The notes below the pieces were generated by a model. That model worked only from the letters and a program-made list of their open reading frames with translations. It did no database searches and was not told the DNA's origin. DNA of 64,000 nucleotides, taken from the NCBI GenBank assembly GCA_018825365.1, contig JAHJEV010000003.1, positions 387,669-451,668 on the forward strand, in the 5' to 3' direction. Position 1 is the first letter of the stretch, and every line of letters starts with the position of its first letter. Shown one piece after another: positions 47,945-57,139 of this stretch. Made by a program: the position numbers and the translations under genes. Origin of the DNA: Patescibacteria group bacterium (GTDB lineage Bacteria; Patescibacteriota; WWE3; UBA101185; UBA10185).

Positions 47945-49768
47945 TCAAGACCTGAAACGGGCGTAAACTCTCATTTTTCCCTCACCTATTTTTTCCTGTT
48001 TGTACACCTCAATTTCTTTCAGTTCTCCGGTATTTTTTGCATGCGGGCCCCCGCAAAACTCCTTACTCACTGCCAAATTTAAGTCATCCCCAACATAATA
48101 TACTTTTACTTGATCCGGATATTGTTCTCCGGGAAGATAGTGAGCTCCTGATTTAATAGCATCGTCCTTTGACATTATACTGCAACTAACCGAAAGGTTT
48201 TGCTTAATAACATCATTCACAAGATTAACAACCTTTCCAAGTTCTTCTTCGGAGAGTTTGTCTGAGTGCGGAAAATCAAATCTCAAGCGCTCTGATGTAA
48301 TATTAGACCCTATCTGTTTTACATGGTCACCCAAAACTTCTCTCAGAGCCATAACAAGAAGATGGGTTGCGGTGTGATATTTAACGACTAGCTCACTTTG
48401 ATCGGCAAGACCTCCTTTAAACCTCTTTTCCGCCCCAGCTCTTGAGGTAGTCTGATGCGAAGTTACTAACTTTGACACATCTTCACAAATCTTATCTGAA
48501 AGTTCTTTTGAAATTCCTACTTTCTCATTTAAATCATCAAGAAACATTTCAAGGGGGTAACCATTTGATTGGTACAGATCAAACGCAATCTTTGCACTTT
48601 CTAAAACCTCCAACTCACCAACAATTATTTTTTTATCAACGCTTCCCATCCCTTTCTCAATCTTTTTTAAAGCAACTACCTGTCCGTCCACCAATGCTTT
48701 ATCATATTTTTCCTCCTCAAGCCTGAGATATTTTTCAATAAAACCTTGGTTTTGAACCAACTCCGGGTAATCCGTTGAGCATTCCTTTACAATAATTTTG
48801 GATAGGTCAACAAGGAACGGTTTTTCTATATGCAGGAGTTTTCCGTATCTTATTGCTCTTCTTATTAATCTTCGTAAAACATAGCCCTGGTCTGAGTTTG
48901 AGGGAGCGATACATTTTTGGTCTCCCAAGATAAAGGTTGCTGCTCTTGCATGATCGACTACTATTCGTAATGATTTCTCATCCTTTTTCTTTGACAATTT
49001 TCTGATTTTGTCTGCCAGTACTTTAAGCTCCTTAATGTCAAAAACATTGCTTTTCTTGCTCAAAACTGCAGTAGTTCTTTCTACGCCCATTCCGGTATCA
49101 ACATTTCTTTGTTTAAGTTGAATATATTTCCCATCCCTTGTTTTTTCGTACTGCATAAAAACGTTGTTCCAAACCTCGACCCAGCCTTCTTTGTTATCGG
49201 CCGTAACCAAATCGGGGGGATCCCCCTTTCCTGTCCACACAAATATTTCCGAATCTGGTCCACAAGGTCCTGTTTCACCAACCGGTCCCCACCAATTATC
49301 TTTCTTTCCAAGGAAATAAATTCTCTTTTCGTCTATTCCTAAAGATTTCCAGATCCCTGCTGTCTCATTGTCCCTTGGGGCATCACTATCTCCCGCAAAA
49401 CAACTCACTGCTAGCTTTTTGACAGGAATTTTCAATTCCTTTGTTAAAAATTCAAAACTCCAAGAAATTGATTCTTTTTTCCAATAGTCTCCTAAAGACC
49501 AATTACCCAACATCTCAAAAAACGTCAAATGAACATCATCACCAACCTCATCTATGTCATCTGTCCTGATACATTTTTGAAAATTTACTAGTCTTTCTCC
49601 AGAAGAGTGCTTTTCTCCCAGTAAAAATGGAATAAGTGGATGCATACCCGCTGTTGTAAAAAGTACAGTTGGATCATTTTCCGGAACAAGAGAAGAGGAA
49701 GGAATCACAATGTGTCCCTTATCTTTAAAAAACTTTATGTATTTTTCTTTTAGTTCATGCGTTGTCAT
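47945..49768 (-). CDS. alaS: Alanine--tRNA ligase, short form lacking the C-Ala domain
   Basis: N-terminal class II catalytic motifs (FTTAGMHP), editing-domain HTATHLL and CGGPH. 607 aa versus ~870 aa typical. Confidence 0.85.
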   Translation of the reverse strand: MTTHELKEKYIKFFKDKGHIVIPSSSLVPENDPTVLFTTAGMHPLIPFLLGEKHSSGERLVNFQKCIRTDDIDEVGDDVHLTFFEMLGNWSLGDYWKKESISWSFEFLTKELKIPVKKLAVSCFAGDSDAPRDNETAGIWKSLGIDEKRIYFLGKKDNWWGPVGETGPCGPDSEIFVWTGKGDPPDLVTADNKEGWVEVWNNVFMQYEKTRDGKYIQLKQRNVDTGMGVERTTAVLSKKSNVFDIKELKVLADKIRKLSKKKDEKSLRIVVDHARAATFILGDQKCIAPSNSDQGYVLRRLIRRAIRYGKLLHIEKPFLVDLSKIIVKECSTDYPELVQNQGFIEKYLRLEEEKYDKALVDGQVVALKKIEKGMGSVDKKIIVGELEVLESAKIAFDLYQSNGYPLEMFLDDLNEKVGISKELSDKICEDVSKLVTSHQTTSRAGAEKRFKGGLADQSELVVKYHTATHLLVMALREVLGDHVKQIGSNITSERLRFDFPHSDKLSEEELGKVVNLVNDVIKQNLSVSCSIMSKDDAIKSGAHYLPGEQYPDQVKVYYVGDDLNLAVSKEFCGGPHAKNTGELKEIEVYKQEKIGEGKMRVYARFRS

Positions 49769-49772
49769 TTTA

Positions 49773-49847
49773 TGGAGGCCCGGGCGGGAATCGAACCCGC
49801 GTATAAGGGTTTTGCAGACCCTCGCCTTACCACTTGGCTACCAGGCC
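49773..49847 (-). tRNA. tRNA-Cys (anticodon GCA)
   Basis: Manually folded. Acceptor GGCCTGG/CCGGGCC, anticodon loop CTGCAAA, T-loop TTCGATT, discriminator U, encoded CCA. Confidence 0.8.
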
Positions 49848-49917
49848 ACATCAACGTTTATCGACGCAGCGTGATATTGCTATTTTACCATTATCATGGT
49901 AATTTAGGTATTGAGAA

Positions 49918-51090
49918 ATGGCAGTATCTACTATAAGAACAAACAAAAACTCATTTTCAACTGCTCTTATATACTTTTTAGGTATATTGGGTATCGCTTT
50001 GATTGTGTTTTTCGCAGGGGGTTTAATCACCGGGGGTTTTGGGGGGAGGGCTGCTTTGTCTGTTCAAGTTACAAATGACACCGCCCAGGTTCTCCTTAAT
50101 GGGAAAGTTCTTGGGGACACCCCGCTTGAATCTAAAAATGTTAAGTCCGGAACAAACACAATAATTGTAAAAAGCGACACCCAGCAATATCAAACTTCAA
50201 TAAAATTTCTTCCAGCTAAAAAAGATGTCAGTTTTGCAGTTGGTATAGTAAGGGACTTGGGGGTTTCAGATCTTTTCTCTTCCGGTCAAGAATTTTGGTT
50301 TGACAAAGGAAGTCCTCAGGACACTCTAAAAATTATCTCGGAACCATCTGGAGCTACAGTTTATATAGATGGGTCAGAAATTGGAAAAACCCCGTTTTCA
50401 TCTTCGGCCATCACGACAGGAGACTATGAAATAAAAATCGCATTAGCTGGATATGAGACGCAAATTGCAAGAATAAGTATTCAAAAAGGATACACATTAA
50501 ACGGATCGATAAAAATGTTTCCATATCCGATTTCCCCAACTGTAACAGCTTTTGAGGGATCTCCAAATCTTTATAATGGAACTCTTGATAATCTCAACGT
50601 AACTTCAGACACCCAATCTTGGGTTAAAGGACTTTTATACTGGAACCAGACGAGAGGAATAAACATCGACAATGTTGGTTTAAATAAAGAAAAGGTTTTT
50701 GATTATTACATTGATTACAAAGGAAACATTTTTGATGCTGATGGAACCATTCTTGCAACAGCCCAAACTTTAGAAAAACTAAAAGGAGCGAAAAGAGGTT
50801 TGTATCTTGGAAGAACTTCCGACGGAATCGGACTTACAAAAGAAGCAAAGGATGCATTAGAGACCCTCTCCCAAATAGGATTATCTTCCAAAACTGCGAC
50901 TGTGAAAGATACCGGAACCGGTTGGTTAAGAGTAAGAAGTATTGGGGGTCTTAATGGAACTGAAATTGCAAGGGTAACCTCAGGTGCAACATATCAGGTA
51001 CTGGAACTGGGCACGGGATGGGTAAAAATAAAAGTATCAGATACCATTGAGGGTTGGGTTTCAGCGGATTACGTTACCTTATCTGAATGA
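49918..51090 (+). CDS. PEGA-domain protein with C-terminal bacterial SH3 domain and N-terminal TM anchor
   Basis: PEGA repeats (SEPSGATVYIDGSEIGKTP...YEIKIALAGYET) and SH3b-like WLRVRS...WVSADYV. Confidence 0.6.
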   Translation: MAVSTIRTNKNSFSTALIYFLGILGIALIVFFAGGLITGGFGGRAALSVQVTNDTAQVLLNGKVLGDTPLESKNVKSGTNTIIVKSDTQQYQTSIKFLPAKKDVSFAVGIVRDLGVSDLFSSGQEFWFDKGSPQDTLKIISEPSGATVYIDGSEIGKTPFSSSAITTGDYEIKIALAGYETQIARISIQKGYTLNGSIKMFPYPISPTVTAFEGSPNLYNGTLDNLNVTSDTQSWVKGLLYWNQTRGINIDNVGLNKEKVFDYYIDYKGNIFDADGTILATAQTLEKLKGAKRGLYLGRTSDGIGLTKEAKDALETLSQIGLSSKTATVKDTGTGWLRVRSIGGLNGTEIARVTSGATYQVLELGTGWVKIKVSDTIEGWVSADYVTLSE

Positions 51091-51672
51091 TTCATACCAG
51101 TCTAAAAGATCTGGTCTTAATTCCATAATTCTTTGAACACTTTCACTGTATTCCCTCACTAGACCTAATTTTCTCTCATATTTTGCAACCGAAGCGATAA
51201 CTCCGGCATCATTCCAAAATCTTTTCTTGTTGAACTCCAAAAATTCTTTTGTCACTTCAAGATATTTTGAATCTGTATTGTTCTGGAATGTTTCCAAGTT
51301 TATATCTTTTAATGCAAGAAGGTAATATAGAGGAAATATGTTTCTGATTGTAACCAAATTGTTCTCATTTAGAAAATAAGCTTTTTCAAGGTCGGCTAGT
51401 ATCTTTTCTTTTATCTGTGATTTGATAGATAGATCCTTAACATACAAAAACTTTATTAAGTATACTTTTGCCCTTCCTTTATAATAATTTGGCTCGAGTG
51501 GGTTTTGACTCACTGCCTTTTCAGAAAGATTTACTGCAGATTCCAAATAATTCCCATTTAGCAGTGCTTGTGATCTTTTGTAATTTATATCTGCAAAAAA
51601 AATCCTAATAAAAATCACACACACCAATATATAAACGGACCATATAAAGATAAGTAAGACTTTTTTTGTCAT
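51079..51672 (-). CDS. TPR-like repeat protein with N-terminal TM helix
   Basis: Start placed at MTKKVLLIF (ATGA overlap with upstream gene). Helical repeats with conserved Y/A/L positions. Confidence 0.4.
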   Translation of the reverse strand: MTKKVLLIFIWSVYILVCVIFIRIFFADINYKRSQALLNGNYLESAVNLSEKAVSQNPLEPNYYKGRAKVYLIKFLYVKDLSIKSQIKEKILADLEKAYFLNENNLVTIRNIFPLYYLLALKDINLETFQNNTDSKYLEVTKEFLEFNKKRFWNDAGVIASVAKYERKLGLVREYSESVQRIMELRPDLLDWYESFR

Positions 51673-52973
51673 ACGTCGCAGTAGGCAACAAAAATCCAAA
51701 ACAACAAAGCTGTTGCTACAACCGGCCAGCCGAAAATATTGGTCACTGCAAATGCAACAAGCGCCGGGCAAACAAAATAATGAGAGCTTAACGCAGACTT
51801 AAGAATTAATACGACATAAAGAAAAAGAGCAAAAATTCCACACTCTGACCATATCTCTAAGTAATAATTATGCGGCTTATTAAGAACGAAGTCCCATTCC
51901 GAAGAATAATTTAACTCCTTACCTCTAAAAGGTTGGTAAGCGTATGGAAAGGTCTCTGGGCCCGTACCTATGAGCATATTTTTAGCCGATGATTTAATAA
52001 GAAGGAAAGTACTTCTCCACAATTCTTTTCTTATATATCCAGGATCGGATATCTTGTAACTTTCCCCCGCTGCGTAAACCCTCTGCACAAAAGAAAACAA
52101 CTTTTTAACATCAAAAATCGCATCGTTCACCCTGGGTTTGAATATCCCCATATTAGTAGAAATAACACCAATAGAAAAAATTCCTATTATCAAAATTCTC
52201 AAGAAAGCTTTTCTATCAAGTACTTCCTTTGCTGCGAAAAACAAAACAAAAGTGACTAGACCTACGGCCAAACCCAGAAAACCAGAAAGGGAATAGGTTA
52301 GCCAAAAACAAAAGAATCCTAAACAAAAAATGAAAACCCAAGTCAGGGATATTTTCGTCTTTTCGCAAAGTCCAAAATACAGAGAAACAGGAAGAAGAAC
52401 AGCAAGATATTGCGCCAACCAGTTTGGCTGTCCTAAAGTCGAGAAAACTCTTTCAACGGGAATGTGGGGCCAAATAAAAGTAATTCCAAATTTTTGAGAT
52501 ATTCCAGCTATAGAAATCGGAATGATTGTCAAAAGAGAGACCTTTAATATCTTTATAAAATCTTCCTTTCTAATCTTGTTTACAGCCACAAAATAAAGAC
52601 CGAAGTAAACTATATAAGAAATAAGTCCGTCGTTAAATCTGGTGTAGTAACCAAAGACAGATGTGTATATATCGGACGACAAAATTGTTGAAATTATTAC
52701 TAACGCTAAAAATAAAGCTACTACCGAGGAGATTTTCTTCAGTTTAAAACGATGAATAACTAAGTCAGTAAAAAAGAAAGCAATGATGAAAAACCCAAGT
52801 ATATAGACGAAAAACATTTTTGGAAATTCATATAGCTCATTTGCTTCGGAAATTGTTATCAGAGGAGTTAAAAACACAAGAATCGAAAACAGTACCAGGT
52901 AGATATTTTCCCCAAAAAATGACCAAAGAAAAGATTTTCTCGCAGCTTCCTTCATTGACTCTATTAACCCCAT
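51669..52973 (-). CDS. O-antigen ligase/Wzy_C-like polytopic membrane protein
   Basis: ~11 TM helices with a large loop near the C-terminal third, typical of the Wzy_C family. Confidence 0.55.
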   Translation of the reverse strand: MGLIESMKEAARKSFLWSFFGENIYLVLFSILVFLTPLITISEANELYEFPKMFFVYILGFFIIAFFFTDLVIHRFKLKKISSVVALFLALVIISTILSSDIYTSVFGYYTRFNDGLISYIVYFGLYFVAVNKIRKEDFIKILKVSLLTIIPISIAGISQKFGITFIWPHIPVERVFSTLGQPNWLAQYLAVLLPVSLYFGLCEKTKISLTWVFIFCLGFFCFWLTYSLSGFLGLAVGLVTFVLFFAAKEVLDRKAFLRILIIGIFSIGVISTNMGIFKPRVNDAIFDVKKLFSFVQRVYAAGESYKISDPGYIRKELWRSTFLLIKSSAKNMLIGTGPETFPYAYQPFRGKELNYSSEWDFVLNKPHNYYLEIWSECGIFALFLYVVLILKSALSSHYFVCPALVAFAVTNIFGWPVVATALLFWIFVAYCDV

Positions 52974-53056
52974 GGTAGTAATATTTTATCAGTCCTGCTC
53001 AATGTTTGCCTAACTAAAAGCTTATTCATGAAACAAAAAGCAGAGATGTCAAACTG

Positions 53057-53635
53057 ATGTTATCTAAAGTACTAGTCAAACTCATAGATCGAGCAATCGT
53101 ACCGGCCATTTTGCTTCTTGCCACAAGAGTAGTTTCTATTGTATTGATAAGTAGATATTTAGGTCTCCCCGTAAAAATCTCCAAGTCTGGTTTTGTATTT
53201 GAATCCTATGCAGATTTTGTTAAGGTGAACTCCTACTCAACACTGGCAATGATCGTTATTTTGATTCTGGGACTTATTTATATCTTACTAAAGTCCTTGG
53301 CATTCCACGATAGCCACATTAAGCCCTCCCTTTCAGCAAAAGTGTTTAGTCTTAAAATTCAACATTTAATTCAAGGCTCGTTTCACCTTTATTCCGAAGC
53401 AGCAATTTGGCTTTCCTATGCTTATCTTTTACTTCTCTTCTCGGGAATAATGCTTGTTTCGAAACTTCTTTATAATTGGGTTTTTTATATGGCTGCCGGT
53501 GTGACTTTAGTGTCCACAATTCTTTTCATACTTGATGTAGAAGAGGAGATAAAAATAAAAGGGTTGGATAAAGGCGAAAGTGAATACGAGTACGATGAGG
53601 ATAAAGAGTTATTATGTAAGGAGGAACTTGAATGA
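53057..53635 (+). CDS. Hypothetical membrane protein
   Basis: 192 aa, 4 hydrophobic helices, acidic C-terminus. Confidence 0.35.
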   Translation: MLSKVLVKLIDRAIVPAILLLATRVVSIVLISRYLGLPVKISKSGFVFESYADFVKVNSYSTLAMIVILILGLIYILLKSLAFHDSHIKPSLSAKVFSLKIQHLIQGSFHLYSEAAIWLSYAYLLLLFSGIMLVSKLLYNWVFYMAAGVTLVSTILFILDVEEEIKIKGLDKGESEYEYDEDKELLCKEELE

Positions 53636-53892
53636 AAAACCTTATAAAAATAACCTTCAACTCTTTGCTTCTTGTTATTCTTCTTAGTGTAATATTTTTA
53701 CCGATTGGAATGATGTCTTTAATAAATTATGACGAAAAACAGGTTGTTCTCTCCACCAAAGATACGAGAACTCAGATCCAAGAACCGTTGGATGCACTTC
53801 CAGGATCTGTACCCAAAGAGGTAGAGGAGATAATAATGAAACTGGAAGGCGCTTATCAGCAAATCACATCTTCGACACAGCCAAAAGAGTAA
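53632..53892 (+). CDS. Small membrane protein
   Basis: 86-aa ORF overlapping the previous stop (ATGA). Confidence 0.3.
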   Translation: MKNLIKITFNSLLLVILLSVIFLPIGMMSLINYDEKQVVLSTKDTRTQIQEPLDALPGSVPKEVEEIIMKLEGAYQQITSSTQPKE

Positions 53893-54837
53893 TTAACCTA
53901 GATCCGGTATTAAATACATCACACTAAACGCGATTATTCCCCACAAAACTACGGATAATAGAAGTGGGATATCGGTTAAAAGTGCTCTTTCCGGAGACTC
54001 TCCCTCATTTTTCTCGTAAATTACATACAGGTATCTGGCTATTCCATAAATTACAACCGGAATTGTTAACATCATTAACTTCGGACTTTTTAAAACCGAA
54101 GGTAAAAAGGAGGTCAACTTTCTGCTTACAAGTGAAGGAGAAATCATAAAAGAAAAAAGCGAATAACTCAAGATGGTGTAAGATGCTGACATTGAAATCA
54201 TCGAATCCAACAACGCATCGGGATAATGTCTTAAAGTTTTTCTTGTTCCGGCATCCCCACCTCCAGAAAACGCTGCAAGGATAGTTTTTTCAGATCTTCT
54301 TTTTCCAAAGGCAAGCAACATTGAGATGCCGATAGTCGTTAAAGCTAGCCACGAAGAAACAGAGGTTCCCGAGGCAAAACCACCAGCAAATACTCTTAGT
54401 ACAAAACCCGAAGCGACTATCAAAGAGTCCATTATTATCACATTTCTAAAATAGAAAGAGTATCCGAGCTGCAAGATGACGTAAACAACAAGCATTATAG
54501 AAAAATACGAATCTAAATATAGGAAAGAGAAAACTATAGAACCCAGTATCAAAACTATAGAAATCATTGAGGCTAAACCAATCGGCAACTTACCTGAAGC
54601 TATTGCCCTGTTTTTCTTTATTGGGTGAAATCGGTCACTAGGGGCGTCAACAATATCATTTAAAAAATAGGCGCCGGATGAGACTACACAAAAAACTAAG
54701 AAAGCTTTCGTTGTAACCGAAAATGTATCCCCTAAAAACAATCTTCCGGCAAAAATCGGGGCGGCAAAAAGACTAAGGTTTTTCAACCACTGTCTGGGTC
54801 TTGCTGTTCTGATAATGTGGTAAAGATTAGTAATCAC
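53893..54837 (-). CDS. UbiA-family prenyltransferase (decaprenyl-phosphate phosphoribosyltransferase-like)
   Basis: RPRQWLKN...YFLNDIVDAPSDRFHPIKKNRAIASG, the DPPR-synthase-type motif. Confidence 0.7.
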   Translation of the reverse strand: MITNLYHIIRTARPRQWLKNLSLFAAPIFAGRLFLGDTFSVTTKAFLVFCVVSSGAYFLNDIVDAPSDRFHPIKKNRAIASGKLPIGLASMISIVLILGSIVFSFLYLDSYFSIMLVVYVILQLGYSFYFRNVIIMDSLIVASGFVLRVFAGGFASGTSVSSWLALTTIGISMLLAFGKRRSEKTILAAFSGGGDAGTRKTLRHYPDALLDSMISMSASYTILSYSLFSFMISPSLVSRKLTSFLPSVLKSPKLMMLTIPVVIYGIARYLYVIYEKNEGESPERALLTDIPLLLSVVLWGIIAFSVMYLIPDLG

Positions 54838-54870
54838 TACCTCTGATGATATCTGTTTTTGCTTACTTTC

Positions 54871-55539
54871 TCAACAATCGATTCTATATCCAAATCCCCT
54901 AACTGTGCGAATAAGTTTCTTTCCGATAAGTTTTAAGAATCTCCCCCGCAAACTTTTAATATGAACCTCTACGGTGTTACTAAAAACATAAATCCCTTTT
55001 TCCCAAACATGCTCCAAAATTTCTTCTTTCGACACAACTCTTTTTCTATTAATTACTAGGTACTCCAAAAGATCAAACTCCTTTCTTCTTAAACGAAGAA
55101 CTTTTCCCTTGACTAAAACCTGTTTTTGACGGCAATCAACTTCCAGCTTTCCAATTTTTAGTACACACCCATCGACCACCGAATTGTTTCGTCTAGTTAA
55201 AGCTCTTACTTGAGCTTTAATCTCCAATATATTAATTGGTTTTTGTAAATTTACATCAGCCCCCGCATCCAAACTCATAGCTTTACTACTTAGTTCGCAA
55301 CTATCATGAAGGAAAATTATAGGAGTTTTAATATCCGCATCTCTGGTTAGTCTGCAAATCTCAACACCGTCCATATCAGGAAGGGTAGCGTCAACCACCA
55401 TTACATCATAGTCGTTAATCTGAGATAAATATGTACCCTCAACCCCACTGTAAGCCACATCAACAATATAATCCTTCTCCACTTCAGTGAGTACATCCTC
55501 AAGCAACTCTTTATCATCTTCTACCAAAAGTATCCGCAT
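54871..55539 (-). CDS. OmpR-family response regulator (orphan)
   Basis: Receiver domain (MRILLVEDD...VVDATLPDMDG) plus winged-helix C-terminus (RTVRGFGYRI). Confidence 0.8.
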   Translation of the reverse strand: MRILLVEDDKELLEDVLTEVEKDYIVDVAYSGVEGTYLSQINDYDVMVVDATLPDMDGVEICRLTRDADIKTPIIFLHDSCELSSKAMSLDAGADVNLQKPINILEIKAQVRALTRRNNSVVDGCVLKIGKLEVDCRQKQVLVKGKVLRLRRKEFDLLEYLVINRKRVVSKEEILEHVWEKGIYVFSNTVEVHIKSLRGRFLKLIGKKLIRTVRGFGYRIDC

Positions 55540-55618
55540 CTTTATCTAAAAAATACTACATCTATTATCTAATTAAATATTAAATGAAAATTAAATTTTA
55601 GGAAAGTTACTGGGAGTA

Positions 55619-57139
55619 TTAATTTTTAATGGGCGTGGTAAAACCAGTCTCTTCCTTCTTTTTTCTTACAATGCTCACGTTCAAAAGGATGATTAAAAAC
55701 ATAACTATCCCGGCAATAATGAACATAAGTTTAAAGACGTCTTTTTCAGGAGTCAAAAGACCAATCAAACCAAACACGGCTGTCGCGCTCCAATAAAAAA
55801 GAGCCACTTTACTGGTACTCCATCCCCTATTTAAAAGGATGTGATGCAAGTGACCCCTATCACCTTTAAATGGATTTTTCTTCTGAACCAATCTTCTTAC
55901 AACTGTTACAAAGGCGTCCAAAAAAGGAATCAGAATGATAAGTACTGAAACTGCAATCTTAGCTTTAGCAAGAATTGCCAAACTTGCAATAACTAAACCC
56001 GCAGACACCGCACCAAACCCCCACATAATTTGGGAGGGGTGCCAATTAAACCTTACAGACCCAAAAGAAGCTCCAGCACTTATTGCAGCTAGTATAGCAA
56101 TTTGCATGTGAAGTGGCTGCAGGTCGTTAAATCTAAGAGCTAAAATAGCAATTAAAATGGAGGCCACTCCCACAATTCCTGCATACTGGCCGTCAACTCC
56201 GTTTGACCAAGACAAAACGTTCATAAGCCAAACAACCCAAACTGCTGTGAGAATAACCGGAACTACCGCCAGTACTCCGGATCCAATCGAAATTTGGAGA
56301 ACATTTAAATTAACCATTCCGCCAAAAGGATTACTCACTGTATTTATAGCCACACCTGAAAAAACAACCGGAAGAACGGATAAGAATAATAAAAATAATC
56401 TCAGAGCGGGATTTTCAAGTGCCCTATAACTTGATGAAGGATGTGTATTTTGATAATCGTCTATAATACCCAAAACCGCAACCATTAATACCGAAAGATA
56501 AAAACCCAAAAATTCTTTTGGAAATCCAATAAATAAAAATGCGGAGAGCAAAAATACAAGTGAATAAACAAACCCACCTCCTCTTGCTGAGGGTGCCTGC
56601 AAAATCATTCCCGGATGATCGTGAATCTGAGGATTGGTGATTAATTTCTTCCTTTGGGCGTAATCTATAAAATAGGGCATTATGAGAAACATCAAAAGGA
56701 AAGCGGTAACGGCATAAGGAACAAGTCCGATGTAAAGTGGATTTATGAAAGGCTTAAAAGGAAGTGAAGCCACCTGAATTATTCTGAAAGAAGACGCTGC
56801 CAAAACCAAATTACTGGAAAGCACGAACATCCAAACAATGTCTTCAAAAAATTGAATGTAGTACTTGTTTAACAACACAAATAAAAGCCCGACAAAGCTT
56901 ATCGCCAGCATCATCAGAGGGATAAGAAAAATACTAAATTTAGGCGCAAGCTGATAATCTCCCCAGGTCTTTGTATACCAAAAAGGTATCTCGGAGTTTA
57001 TATACCTATATCTAAATAAAATATACAAAAAAGAAAATATCGAAAGAAAAACAGCCAGTAGAAACCTAGATATAGTTTTATCTTTAAGTTTCACACTTAT
57101 GTAATCGACAATTTTTTTAATTTTCTTATTTTGTCTCAT
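55619..57139 (-). CDS. MraY/WecA-family (GT4) polyprenyl-phosphate sugar-1-phosphate transferase with extended N-terminal membrane domain
   Basis: LGIIDDYQ and NVLSWSNGVDGQ (NxxNxxDGxDG-like) motifs. 506 aa with many TM helices. Confidence 0.55.
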   Translation of the reverse strand: MRQNKKIKKIVDYISVKLKDKTISRFLLAVFLSIFSFLYILFRYRYINSEIPFWYTKTWGDYQLAPKFSIFLIPLMMLAISFVGLLFVLLNKYYIQFFEDIVWMFVLSSNLVLAASSFRIIQVASLPFKPFINPLYIGLVPYAVTAFLLMFLIMPYFIDYAQRKKLITNPQIHDHPGMILQAPSARGGGFVYSLVFLLSAFLFIGFPKEFLGFYLSVLMVAVLGIIDDYQNTHPSSSYRALENPALRLFLLFLSVLPVVFSGVAINTVSNPFGGMVNLNVLQISIGSGVLAVVPVILTAVWVVWLMNVLSWSNGVDGQYAGIVGVASILIAILALRFNDLQPLHMQIAILAAISAGASFGSVRFNWHPSQIMWGFGAVSAGLVIASLAILAKAKIAVSVLIILIPFLDAFVTVVRRLVQKKNPFKGDRGHLHHILLNRGWSTSKVALFYWSATAVFGLIGLLTPEKDVFKLMFIIAGIVMFLIILLNVSIVRKKKEETGFTTPIKN

